From NCBI GenBank assembly GCA_026397015.1, contig JAPLVR010000005.1, positions 1 to 64,000 of the forward strand: DNA of 64,000 nt, written 5' to 3'. The translations under genes and the position numbers were made by a program. The notes beneath the pieces were generated by a model that saw only the letters and a list, made by a program, of their open reading frames with translations, was not told the DNA's origin and made no database searches. Position 1 is the stretch's first letter. Every line of letters starts with the position of its first letter. Of this stretch, positions 38,222 to 47,000 are shown piece by piece. The DNA is from Candidatus Iainarchaeum sp. (GTDB taxonomy: Archaea; Iainarchaeota; Iainarchaeia; Iainarchaeales; JAAZKV01).

Positions 38222-38461
38222 ATGGTACAGGCAATGGTAGATATCCCGAAAGAAGCGAATCAGATTTTGAATATTGTTAAGGCAAGGCATAACTTGAAGA
38301 CGAAAAGCGACGCGATTTCATTGGTGGTCAAGGAGTATGGTGCGAATCTGCTTGAATCTAATCTTCGGCCGGATTATTTAGAAAAACTTGCAAATTTTGA
38401 GGCAGAAAAGGGAGTTGCTTTTAAAAATATCGGCGGGCTAAAGAAATTGATTGAGGGATAA
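38222..38461 (+). CDS. Antitoxin (DUF2683-like)
   Basis: MVQAMVDI..ANQILNIVKA..LKTKSDAI; immediately upstream of a RelE-like gene. Confidence 0.8.
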   Translation: MVQAMVDIPKEANQILNIVKARHNLKTKSDAISLVVKEYGANLLESNLRPDYLEKLANFEAEKGVAFKNIGGLKKLIEG

Positions 38462-38464
38462 GGC

Positions 38465-38731
38465 ATGCGCTCTTATGAAATTCTTCCTTCGCTGCTTAAA
38501 ACGCTTCAGAAATTATCCAAAAAGAATAATTCGTTATATCTGCAAGTCATGAAAAAGATCGAAGAGATTATTGAAACGGCGGATGTTGAGCATTACAAAA
38601 ACCTTCGGCACGACATGAAAGAATTGAAACGCGTGCATGTGGGACATTTTGTGCTGGTTTTTGAGTACAAGAAATGGGAAGATAAAATAATTTTTAAAGA
38701 TTTTGACCACCACGACAACATTTATTGTTGA
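38465..38731 (+). CDS. RelE/ParE-family toxin
   Basis: HYKNLRHDMKELKRVHVGHFVLVF and DFDHHDNIY motifs. Confidence 0.85.
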   Translation: MRSYEILPSLLKTLQKLSKKNNSLYLQVMKKIEEIIETADVEHYKNLRHDMKELKRVHVGHFVLVFEYKKWEDKIIFKDFDHHDNIYC

Positions 38732-39061
38732 TTATTTTTAATTACTCCTTTTTTTGCGGGTTGAAACTTTTTTCGTCGCTTGGCGTAAATTTGGGTTGGT
38801 TTAAAACGGGCAAAAGCCTTTTCCTTTTTTGATGCGCAAAAAGCCCAAACTTGTTCTGTGTAAGAAGTAAGCCAAATCAAAGACTATTTACACAATGCTA
38901 TCGCGAGAGGCTTTGCACTTTTATTTGGTTTTGAGCCGGCGCGCATTGTAGTTTGAACGAAAACGACATGACGGTTTGATACTTTTTTGCGTTGAAAAAT
39001 AATTTAGGTGCAAAGCCATCGCGAGAGTAATAATTAAATACTTCTATTCCCTCTTCTTATA

Positions 39062-40366
39062 ATGCCTGAACAATTTTCAGCTGACTTTTCGGAAGAGGAG
39101 GCCGTGCTTGGAAGGGATTTGAAGGACCTTGAGCAGTACGGCAGCAAGGGGACCGCCTATTTGGGGAAGGTCGTTTTGTCTTCCGGGGAAAAGCCGGTTT
39201 TGGGAAGAAAGGTTGTTGTCGACTTGGCGAAGCCGCACCTGATGCTTATTTGCGGAAAGAGGGGCGCCGGAAAGTCGCATTCATTAACAGTTCTGATGGA
39301 GGAAATGGCAAGGCTTGACCCGAGCGTCAAGATGAGGATTTCAGCGATTGCAATCGACACTGTTGGAATTTTTTGGGGTTTAAAGATTCCGAGAAAGGAT
39401 ACTGCCGAGCTTGAGGGCTGGGATTTGGTTCCCGAAAAAACAGATGCAAGAGTTTATGTTCCGAAGGGGCAGCTTGCATTCTATCAGGAAAAAAATATGC
39501 CTGTGGACGGGGCATTCACTTTGAAGTGTTCCGAATTGGAGGAAACCGAGTGGATGGCTTTGTTCAAATTGAAGTGGACTGATCCTGAAGGAGTTTTGAT
39601 TTCGAGGGTCGTGCAGAGAGTGAGGGAAAAAATCGGCACCTATTATGGAATTGACGATTTGATTTCTGCTGCAAAAAGTGATGATGAAGCTCAGTCGGTT
39701 GCGAAGCAGGCGGTAGTAAACCGTTTTCAAGTCGCAAAATCATGGGGCTTAATCGAAAAGGAGGGAACGAAAATACTTGACTTGGCTGCTCCGGGGATAA
39801 TTACTTTGATTGATGTTTCTTCTTACAGGCAGACGCTTGGCACCGAGGGGATAAAGGATATTGTGGTCGCGCTTATTGGAAAAAAATTGTTCGAGCAGAG
39901 GATGCTTTTCAGGAAGGAAGAGGAAATAAAATTGATTCAGGAGAACAGGAGGAGCAGCAAGATGCCCCTTGTTTGGCTTTTGATTGATGAAGCGCACATG
40001 TTCATGCCCCGCGATGAAAGCAGTATCGCGCTGAACATTTTGCTGGAATGGGTTCGCGTTGGAAGGCAGCCCGGCCTCGGATTGATTCTCGCAACACAGC
40101 GCCCTGAAAGAATTCATCCGGATGCGATTTCCCAGTGCGATATTTTTATTTCCCACAGAATGACTTCGCAGCCTGACATTGCGGCAGTAGGGGCCTTGAG
40201 GCCGAGTTATTTGCACATGGATTTTGATAAATTATTCGCCGAGATGCCGCGCCAGCAGGGCTTCGCTTTGGTGATTGATGACAATACTGAAAAAACCTGG
40301 ATGATTAAGACGAGGCCGAGGCTCTCGTGGGATTCGAGCGTCACTGCGACCGCGTTCATTATTTAA
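39062..40366 (+). CDS. HerA/FtsK-like ATPase (DUF87 type)
   Basis: ICGKRGAGKS, LIDEAH and GRQPGLGLILATQRP motifs. Confidence 0.9.
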   Translation: MPEQFSADFSEEEAVLGRDLKDLEQYGSKGTAYLGKVVLSSGEKPVLGRKVVVDLAKPHLMLICGKRGAGKSHSLTVLMEEMARLDPSVKMRISAIAIDTVGIFWGLKIPRKDTAELEGWDLVPEKTDARVYVPKGQLAFYQEKNMPVDGAFTLKCSELEETEWMALFKLKWTDPEGVLISRVVQRVREKIGTYYGIDDLISAAKSDDEAQSVAKQAVVNRFQVAKSWGLIEKEGTKILDLAAPGIITLIDVSSYRQTLGTEGIKDIVVALIGKKLFEQRMLFRKEEEIKLIQENRRSSKMPLVWLLIDEAHMFMPRDESSIALNILLEWVRVGRQPGLGLILATQRPERIHPDAISQCDIFISHRMTSQPDIAAVGALRPSYLHMDFDKLFAEMPRQQGFALVIDDNTEKTWMIKTRPRLSWDSSVTATAFII

Positions 40367-40420
40367 CTTTTTTTGTTTTATTTATTTAATGCCGAACAAA
40401 GTTAGGCATTTGGCGGCGTT

Positions 40421-40452
40421 TTTTCGCCAGCCTTTTTTCGAAAAAAGGCTGA
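40421..40452 (-). repeat. REP-like hairpin (reverse orientation) abutting tRNA-Leu
   Basis: TTTTCGCCAGCCTTTTTTCGAAAAAAGGCTGA. Confidence 0.85.
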
Positions 40453-40453
40453 T

Positions 40454-40537
40454 GCACGGGTTGGGGAGCGGTCAAACCCGCCAGGCTTAGGACCTGGTCG
40501 CTTAGTGCGTTCGGCGGTTCGAGTCCGCCCCCGTGCA
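40454..40537 (+). tRNA. tRNA-Leu, anticodon TAG
   Basis: Acceptor GCACGGG/CCCGTGC-A, anticodon arm CCAGG-CT TAG GA-CCTGG, long variable arm, T arm GGCGG-TTCGAGT-CCGCC. Confidence 0.95.
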
Positions 40538-40769
40538 TTTTTTTTCACCGGCATTGACCTCTGAAAAAACTTATATCTCCTTCGATTTTTTTGATTTCTT
40601 TGGATGCCGGTTATTGTTTTTGAAAAGAAGAAGCCTCCTGATGGTGCCCAAAACCCGAGTATTCTGGAATAACGATACAGGTATGCTAAAAAATTTTTTT
40701 CTTTTAGGCGGGTTTATTAACTTTTTTCAGCCTGTTATTTGGGTTTAATTTTTTGTAGGTGAAATCTGA

Positions 40770-43439
40770 ATGGTTACAAATGAGTATGGTGGGAAGAATG
40801 CAAATGCAAAATTCGTTTACATGTTTGAGGAAGGAAAAAAGGAAATGAAAATGCTCCTCGGAGGAAAGGGGGCGAATTTGGCGGAGATGACAAACACTGG
40901 CCTTCCCGTGCCCTACGGTTTCACCATTACCACTGATGTCTGCAAATATTATTATGCCAATAAAAAAACTTACCCTAAAGGTTTGGATGAACAGATTTTG
41001 GTTGCAATTAAAAAAATGGAATCCAAAACCGGGAAAAAATTCGGTGATAAAAAGAATCCGCTGCTTGTTTCTGTGCGCTCTGGTGCTCCCGCTTCGATGC
41101 CCGGAATGATGGACACGATCCTGAATCTTGGAATCAACGATGTTGTTGTAGGAACAATTTCAAAAAAATCGAACAATGAGAGATTTGCTTGGGACGCTTA
41201 CAGAAGATTTATCACAATGTTTGGAAACGTTGTAATGGGAATAAAACATTCAAAGTTTGAAGAAATAATGGATGAGATTAAGCGCAAATACAAGAAGAAA
41301 CTTGATACTGAGTTAAGCGCGGAAATGTTGAAGGAAATGGTTGCGGAGCAAAAGAAACTTTACAAAAAAGAAACAAAAGAAGAATTTCCAACCGAGCCCT
41401 TGAAACAACTTGAAAGATCGATGGGTGCTGTTTTCGAATCGTGGAATACAGAAAGAGCCGTCATCTACAGACGCCTAAATAATGTGCCGAACGATTGGGG
41501 CACCGCAGTTAACGTCCAAGAAATGGTTTTCGGAAATATGGGAAATGATTCAGGAACCGGCGTTGCTTTTACCAGAAACCCTTCAAACGGAGAAAACAAA
41601 TTTTACGGCGAATTCCTGATGAATGCGCAGGGCGAAGACGTTGTAGCCGGAATAAGAACGCCGAAACCGATTCACGAGCTCGGCAAAATTTTGCCAAAGG
41701 CTTACAAGCAATTGGTTGAAATAAGGGGCAGGCTTGAAAAACATTACAAGGACATGCAGGACTTTGAATTTACGATTGAAAATCAGAAACTTTTCATGCT
41801 GCAGACAAGGAACGGAAAGAGAACTGCGCACGCCGCGGTGAAAGTCGCAGTAGATATGGAAAAAGAAAAATTAATTTCAAAAGAAGAAGCTGTTCTAAGA
41901 GTTGATCCTTCCTCTTTAGACCAATTACTTCACAGGCAGTTTGACCCGAAGCACAAATATGCTGCACTAACAGAAGGGCTTCCTGCTTCTCCGGGCGCTG
42001 CTGTTGGAAAAGTTGTTTTCACCGCAGAGCATGCAAAAATGCTTGCGGAGGAAGGGGAAAAAGTTATTTTGGTTCGCATTGAAACCTCGCCAGAAGATAT
42101 TGAGGGAATGCATTCGGCGCAAGGCATTTTAACCGCGCGCGGAGGAATGACTTCTCACGCCGCAGTTGTGGCGCGAGGAATGGGAAAGTGCTGCGTCGCA
42201 GGCGCGGACGAAATTGTGGTTGATGAAAAGGCGAAGCATTTTACCTGCAAAGAAACAGTTGTAAAAGAACTTGATGTTATTTCGCTGAATGGCTCCACAG
42301 GAGAAGTGATTGTGGGAGAATTGCCCACTGTCGAGCCGACCCTTTCTGGCGATTTCGGAACGTTAATGGAATGGGCCGACGGTTTTAGGAAATTGAGGAT
42401 AAGGACGAATGCCGACACGCCGCACGATGCAAAGGTTGCGCGCGGCTTTGGCGCGGAGGGAATCGGCTTGGCGCGAACAGAGCACATGTTTTTTGAGGCG
42501 AGCAGAATAAAGGCCGTGAGAAAAATGATTCTCTCAAAAACTTTGGAGGAAAGAAAAGCGGCGCTTGCGGAAATTGAGCCTTTCCAGCGCGAGGATTTTG
42601 AGGGAATTTTCAAGGAGATGGATGGCCTGCCCGTAATAATAAGAATGCTTGACCCGCCCCTGCACGAATTTTTGCCGAAGGAAGAAAGGGAAATAAACGA
42701 GCTTGCGGATGAGATGGGCATTGAGGCGAAAAAAATCAGGGAAACGATTGAGGCGCTTCATGAATTCAACCCGATGCTCGGTTTCAGGGGTTGCAGGCTT
42801 GCGATTGTTTATCCAGAAATTATGGAGATGCAGGTGCGCGCAATATTTTCCGCCGCCCTTAATGTTCAAAAGAAAGGAATAAAGCCGCTGCCTGAAATCG
42901 AAGTTCCTTTGGCAGGCGCAGTGAAAGAATATGCTCCGCTCCGCGATTTGGTGAAAAAAGTCTCAAAAGAAATCGGCGCGGAAGGAAAAGTGCATTACAA
43001 AGTTGGAACGATGATTGAGGTGCCGCGTGCCGCCCTTACTGCAGAAGAATTTGCGAAGGAAGCGGAGTTCATGTCTTTTGGGACAAATGACTTAACTCAA
43101 ATGACCTGCGGCTTTTCAAGAGACGACGCCGGAAAATTTTTGGGGCCTTATGTCGAGAAAGGAATTTATTTGAGGGATCCTTTCCAAACGATTGACCAGG
43201 AAGGCGTCGGCATGCTGATGAAAATGTGCGTCGAGAAGGCGCGCTCAATAAATCCGAAAATCAATATCGGGATTTGCGGCGAGCACGGTGGCGACCCGGC
43301 CTCGGTCGAATTTTGCCACAGAATCGGAATGGACAACGTCAGCTGTTCCCCTTACAGGGTCCCGATTGCCAGGCTTGCCGCGGCGCAGGCTGTGATAAGG
43401 GAAAAAATTTTGGGAAAAAAGAACGTAAAGAAAAAGTAG
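40770..43439 (+). CDS. ppdK: Pyruvate, phosphate dikinase
   Basis: GGKGANLAEM, SMPGMMDT, GGMTSHAAVVARG, SFGTNDL and GICGEHGG motifs. Confidence 0.97.
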   Translation: MVTNEYGGKNANAKFVYMFEEGKKEMKMLLGGKGANLAEMTNTGLPVPYGFTITTDVCKYYYANKKTYPKGLDEQILVAIKKMESKTGKKFGDKKNPLLVSVRSGAPASMPGMMDTILNLGINDVVVGTISKKSNNERFAWDAYRRFITMFGNVVMGIKHSKFEEIMDEIKRKYKKKLDTELSAEMLKEMVAEQKKLYKKETKEEFPTEPLKQLERSMGAVFESWNTERAVIYRRLNNVPNDWGTAVNVQEMVFGNMGNDSGTGVAFTRNPSNGENKFYGEFLMNAQGEDVVAGIRTPKPIHELGKILPKAYKQLVEIRGRLEKHYKDMQDFEFTIENQKLFMLQTRNGKRTAHAAVKVAVDMEKEKLISKEEAVLRVDPSSLDQLLHRQFDPKHKYAALTEGLPASPGAAVGKVVFTAEHAKMLAEEGEKVILVRIETSPEDIEGMHSAQGILTARGGMTSHAAVVARGMGKCCVAGADEIVVDEKAKHFTCKETVVKELDVISLNGSTGEVIVGELPTVEPTLSGDFGTLMEWADGFRKLRIRTNADTPHDAKVARGFGAEGIGLARTEHMFFEASRIKAVRKMILSKTLEERKAALAEIEPFQREDFEGIFKEMDGLPVIIRMLDPPLHEFLPKEEREINELADEMGIEAKKIRETIEALHEFNPMLGFRGCRLAIVYPEIMEMQVRAIFSAALNVQKKGIKPLPEIEVPLAGAVKEYAPLRDLVKKVSKEIGAEGKVHYKVGTMIEVPRAALTAEEFAKEAEFMSFGTNDLTQMTCGFSRDDAGKFLGPYVEKGIYLRDPFQTIDQEGVGMLMKMCVEKARSINPKINIGICGEHGGDPASVEFCHRIGMDNVSCSPYRVPIARLAAAQAVIREKILGKKNVKKK

Positions 43440-43467
43440 TTATACTTCTTTGTCTGCAAATATCTGT

Positions 43468-44067
43468 ATGAATCCGAAGCGGAGGCCTATTTTTGGAAAG
43501 CCGCGGAAGGCGAAAACTTCCATTAATTTGGTCGGCAAAATTATTCCAATTGTCAGGCGCAGGAAGTATCGTTTGCTTGAAAACTCTTTTTCAATGCGGG
43601 ATGCGCTAATAGTCAGGGATGCGATGAAGTACCTTCTCAAAATTGGGGCGAGGGTTCCAACCATCAGTGATATAGGCCTTTTTAAGAATCAGCCAAAAAC
43701 TATTCATGAGGTTGTTAAAATGAATACTTTGCCGAAGGTAATGTCCTATGATTTAATTAGAAGTGTGGCGCCGCAGGCCAGCAAAAAGTGTTTTAGGGCA
43801 GTGGATTTGTTTGCCCATTTTGGGGTGCATTCGCATTTGGGTTTGTTCAGGGAAATGGGTTATCCCGAATTCACGCTTCAATATTTGGAGGGCGAGGGGT
43901 ATCTTGAACACCGGCGGAAGGATTTTGTGATTCCTGCGGAGGAAAGGCTTCTCAAGGACGCGCTGGCAAGCGCCGAAAAAAAATACGGGAGAAAAAAAAT
44001 TGGCGAGTTCAAGAAGCGGTTTGAAATAGTCGAGTTTTACGACCAAATTTCCACCGGTCGTTCCTAA
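43468..44067 (+). CDS. Basic hypothetical protein (paralog of the next gene)
   Basis: Shares PTI..IGLFK, MGYPEFTLQ and EKKYG.K motifs with 44081-44716. Confidence 0.7.
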   Translation: MNPKRRPIFGKPRKAKTSINLVGKIIPIVRRRKYRLLENSFSMRDALIVRDAMKYLLKIGARVPTISDIGLFKNQPKTIHEVVKMNTLPKVMSYDLIRSVAPQASKKCFRAVDLFAHFGVHSHLGLFREMGYPEFTLQYLEGEGYLEHRRKDFVIPAEERLLKDALASAEKKYGRKKIGEFKKRFEIVEFYDQISTGRS

Positions 44068-44080
44068 AGAGGTTTTTGTT

Positions 44081-44716
44081 ATGAAAAAAATTTTTAAAGT
44101 CGGGGCGAAAAAAATTTCCATAAAGGTGCGCCAAACAAAATCGAACGCGGCTTCAATAAGAAACGCGGCTTCGAGGAGAATCGCGGCTTTAAGGAGAAAC
44201 AAAATGGTCATTGTTCCGGTTTTGGGGCGCAAAAATTACGGATTGTCTTCAGAAACAGTTGATTTGTTGAAGCGCACAATGAAATATTCAATTAAACTTG
44301 GAATGAAGATGCCTACAATAAAAAATATCGGGCTTTTCAAAGACAATCCGATTACGCATTTTAATATCGCTTCGACTGGAAAGTTTCCGAAACTGATTAA
44401 TCTTCCTGTTTTGTACGAGTTTGCGGAAAAAATGCCTGCGCGTTCTTCAAAAATGGTTCGCATGATTGGCAACATGGAGGATGAACTTCTTAGAGGCCTA
44501 ACCAAAATGGGTTATCCTGAATTTACTTTGCAGAATCTGTTTGACAGGGGCTATTTTGAAAAAAGAAAATCCGGATGGGCGTCTGTTTCGGAAGAGGCTA
44601 TGCTGAAGCAGTCATTGATTGATTTGGAAAAGAAATATGGGAAAAAAGAAGTTGTCAAGCTCAAAAAGAGGCTTGGCATCGGAAAAATATTTGAAGAAAT
44701 TCTGCGAAGCCACTAA
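44081..44716 (+). CDS. Basic hypothetical protein (paralog of the previous gene)
   Basis: Same shared motifs; GAGG ribosome-binding site. Confidence 0.7.
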   Translation: MKKIFKVGAKKISIKVRQTKSNAASIRNAASRRIAALRRNKMVIVPVLGRKNYGLSSETVDLLKRTMKYSIKLGMKMPTIKNIGLFKDNPITHFNIASTGKFPKLINLPVLYEFAEKMPARSSKMVRMIGNMEDELLRGLTKMGYPEFTLQNLFDRGYFEKRKSGWASVSEEAMLKQSLIDLEKKYGKKEVVKLKKRLGIGKIFEEILRSH

Positions 44717-44774
44717 AAAAAAGTTTCGCCGGACCGGAAAGGCCCGGCTTCAAATAATTTAAATGGAAGAAATT

Positions 44775-44933
44775 TTACTTTCCCGCCAATTTGTTTTTCT
44801 TTACGTATGCCCAGATTCTCTTTGTCATTTCGCTTGGTGCGATTTTTGTTGAGCCGAATACGCTTTCAACGCTGTCTTCACAGCCCTTGAAACATATGGA
44901 GTATCCTCCGAATGCTGCTTTTTTTGCTACCAT
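44775..44933 (-). CDS. 52-aa SWIB/MDM2-like mini-protein
   Basis: MVAKKAAFGGYSICFKGCEDSVESVFGSTKIAPSEMTKRIWAYVKKNKLAGK; GGGGGG ribosome-binding site; below the ORF-track cutoff. Confidence 0.75.
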   Translation of the reverse strand: MVAKKAAFGGYSICFKGCEDSVESVFGSTKIAPSEMTKRIWAYVKKNKLAGK

Positions 44934-45055
44934 TTAATCTTCCCCCCTTTGAAAAGTTTTTTTCTAAATTTAGTAAATTAGCTTGTTTATTTAAACTTAA
45001 TCGTTTGGCCGATGCAAACATTTAAACTATATTCTGCAAAACAGTCTTTCGGGCA

Positions 45056-45101
45056 GTGATGAGGTAAATTCCAATAGCCCTTATGGGGTTATAAAATCTG
45101 A
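45056..45101 (+). ncRNA. Candidate box C/D-like small RNA (divergent copy)
   Basis: GTGATGA, then GGTAAATTCC, an internal hairpin and CTGA; TTTAAA about 30 nt upstream. Confidence 0.4.
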
Positions 45102-45462
45102 TTCTTCCGTGAAGCAGGGGTAAGTAAATTAAGCGAATTTGTTTTTTGGCCGGTCGGAGTATTTTTTAAAAATATTTGTGGGCGCGCCAATTTTCTTTTT
45201 CCACCTCGCATTTATAAAAGATTTCTGCAGGGTCGCGAAATAAATAGCAATAAATACCAGTTATTTATTTTATGCCGTGTGAAGCGTCTTCTTATTGTAT
45301 TGTTTTTGCTTGCCTTTCTTGGCACGGTTTTTTCCGCCAATGAGTCTACGGCGGGATTAGGATTTTTAGAAAAATAAATTTTTTCCGAAAAGTGCAATGG
45401 ACTGTTCATTATGGGCTGAACAAGTCTGCCTGATTTCCGGATTCGTGTATAAAAAGTTGGTT

Positions 45463-46290
45463 TTATTTCTTTTTTTTGATAAGTAACGACAGCTGTTTTT
45501 CTATTTTTCTCAGCTTTGTGGAAAGCTGTCTTTCTCTCATTGCGTCTTCATCGAGATAATTTTTCATCTGTTCCGGGCTGTTCAATTTGTCCATGGCTTT
45601 GCTCATGTTGCCCACTATTATTCCGAGGAAAAGGTTCATGATTACCATTGTTGCAATTATTATAAATGAAATAAAATACAATGGGCCGCCTACAGGGTAG
45701 GCCGCATTTGCTGGCACCATTATTGTGTTCCAATTTTCAAGTGTAAGTATCTGAAACATTGTGAACCCCCCTTTCCAAATCGAACCAAAGTGTTCAGGAT
45801 CAGCTGTGTTGAATAATGAAACCCCTATTACGGTGTAAATGTAAATGATTACAAAAAGAAGCAGCGCAACGAATACCACTGAAGAGATGCTTTCAATAAG
45901 CCCCTTAACCACCGGTCTGATATTCGGGAATGCTCTGAAAAGTCTGAATGTCCTTATCACCCTCACCAATCGGAGAACATAAATCGCCTTGTCTTTGAGC
46001 GGGATAAAGCAGGCCAAAACGATTGCAAAATCAAAAAGATTCCAGGAGTCTTTAAAAAAATTAAATGGTTTTTCTTCGGCAAAAATTCTAGTGATTATTT
46101 CAATACAAAAAATGGTAAGAATCGCCCCCTCAAGCAAATTAACGGTTGGGTACCATGGAGAATCTAATGGCATGTTAAGACTGAACCCGACAAGTATTGC
46201 GGAAAAAATGATTACGGAAAGAACTGTGTAATTGAATGCCTTGGAATCAACTATTGGTTTTAACTTTGCCGACAAAGACTTCCTGTTCAT
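45463..46290 (-). CDS. Voltage-gated cation channel (BacNav-like)
   Basis: WNLFDF motif; S4 LRLVRVIRTFRLFR; filter TLENW; MNLFLGII; C-terminal coiled coil. Confidence 0.92.
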   Translation of the reverse strand: MNRKSLSAKLKPIVDSKAFNYTVLSVIIFSAILVGFSLNMPLDSPWYPTVNLLEGAILTIFCIEIITRIFAEEKPFNFFKDSWNLFDFAIVLACFIPLKDKAIYVLRLVRVIRTFRLFRAFPNIRPVVKGLIESISSVVFVALLLFVIIYIYTVIGVSLFNTADPEHFGSIWKGGFTMFQILTLENWNTIMVPANAAYPVGGPLYFISFIIIATMVIMNLFLGIIVGNMSKAMDKLNSPEQMKNYLDEDAMRERQLSTKLRKIEKQLSLLIKKKK

Positions 46291-46582
46291 GCCGTGTTAA
46301 TTTTGTTTGAAGTTGGTATTAAACCTTTTGGTAGGACAGGATGTTTGCCGTAAACCTTTGGGCATTTCATAGTAAATGCATCTAAACTTGTGTTTTTTCG
46401 TGTTTTGTGGGTTTATCCATTTTTAATAAATTATGTCTGCATAATATATTCAAAAGCCTTTTGGGGTACATTTTTTTTAGTTGTCTTGTTAAGCAGAATT
46501 AAGCAAATTAAACAAATTTGTTTTACGGCCGGTCGGGGTGTTTAACAAAGTCCTTTTTATTGTTTTTCCCTCAGTATTATTT

Positions 46583-46654
46583 TGTGTTTTCGTGATGAAG
46601 TAAATCCCTGATGAGCGTAAGCTGTGATTATTTAATCCAACTCTGAAAAACACA
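46583..46654 (+). ncRNA. Box C/D small RNA
   Basis: Terminal stem TGTGTTTT/AAAACACA; C box GTGATGA 46592-46598; D' CTGA or ATGA; GC-GTAA-GC loop; C' GTGATTA; D box CTGA 46643-46646; guides of about 12 nt. Confidence 0.7.
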
Positions 46655-46692
46655 TAAGGCTTAAAGAATTAGAGTTTTATAAAAACCTACAA

Positions 46693-46763
46693 GGGTTTTC
46701 GGATTTAATGAAGTAAATCCCTGCGGGGCGGAGGCTGTGACGATTTAATCCAACCCTGAGCCC
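46693..46763 (+). ncRNA. Paralogous box C/D-like RNA
   Basis: TTAATGA-AGTAAATCCCTG...GTGACGA-TTTAATCCAACC-CTGA; guides nearly identical to the preceding copy. Confidence 0.55.
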
Positions 46764-46819
46764 ATAATTTTTGTTTCAGGCAGTTCATCCGATTAGGGAG
46801 ATTATTTTCGAATTAGCGT

Positions 46820-46957
46820 TTATTTTCTTCTTGGAGCTTTCGGGCTTTGCTGGCTGAAGGCTTTTCTAAAAAAGTCTTTGGTGTTTTCCCACCAGTAGCG
46901 GAGCCTTCGCTTCTTGCCATTTGGACCCACGGTGTAATATTTGCGTCTTCTAAACAT
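46820..46957 (-). CDS. Possible small basic protein (45 aa)
   Basis: MFRRRKYYTVGPNGKKRRLRYWWENTKDFFRKAFSQQSPKAPRRK, downstream of tatD with TTTTAAA upstream. Confidence 0.35.
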   Translation of the reverse strand: MFRRRKYYTVGPNGKKRRLRYWWENTKDFFRKAFSQQSPKAPRRK

Positions 46958-47000
46958 TCAGATATTGCTGCCTTCGAAATTTAAAAAGCTTTCGCAGGCC

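Noticed and set aside
30441-38731. Prophage or integrative element
   Set aside because: No integrase, capsid, terminase or att duplication was found; at most this is an accessory island.
46583-46763. TIGR-like guide array
   Set aside because: The segments between boxes are conserved rather than variable, there are only two adjacent units, and no Nop-domain gene is nearby. Ordinary C/D sRNA paralogs fit better.
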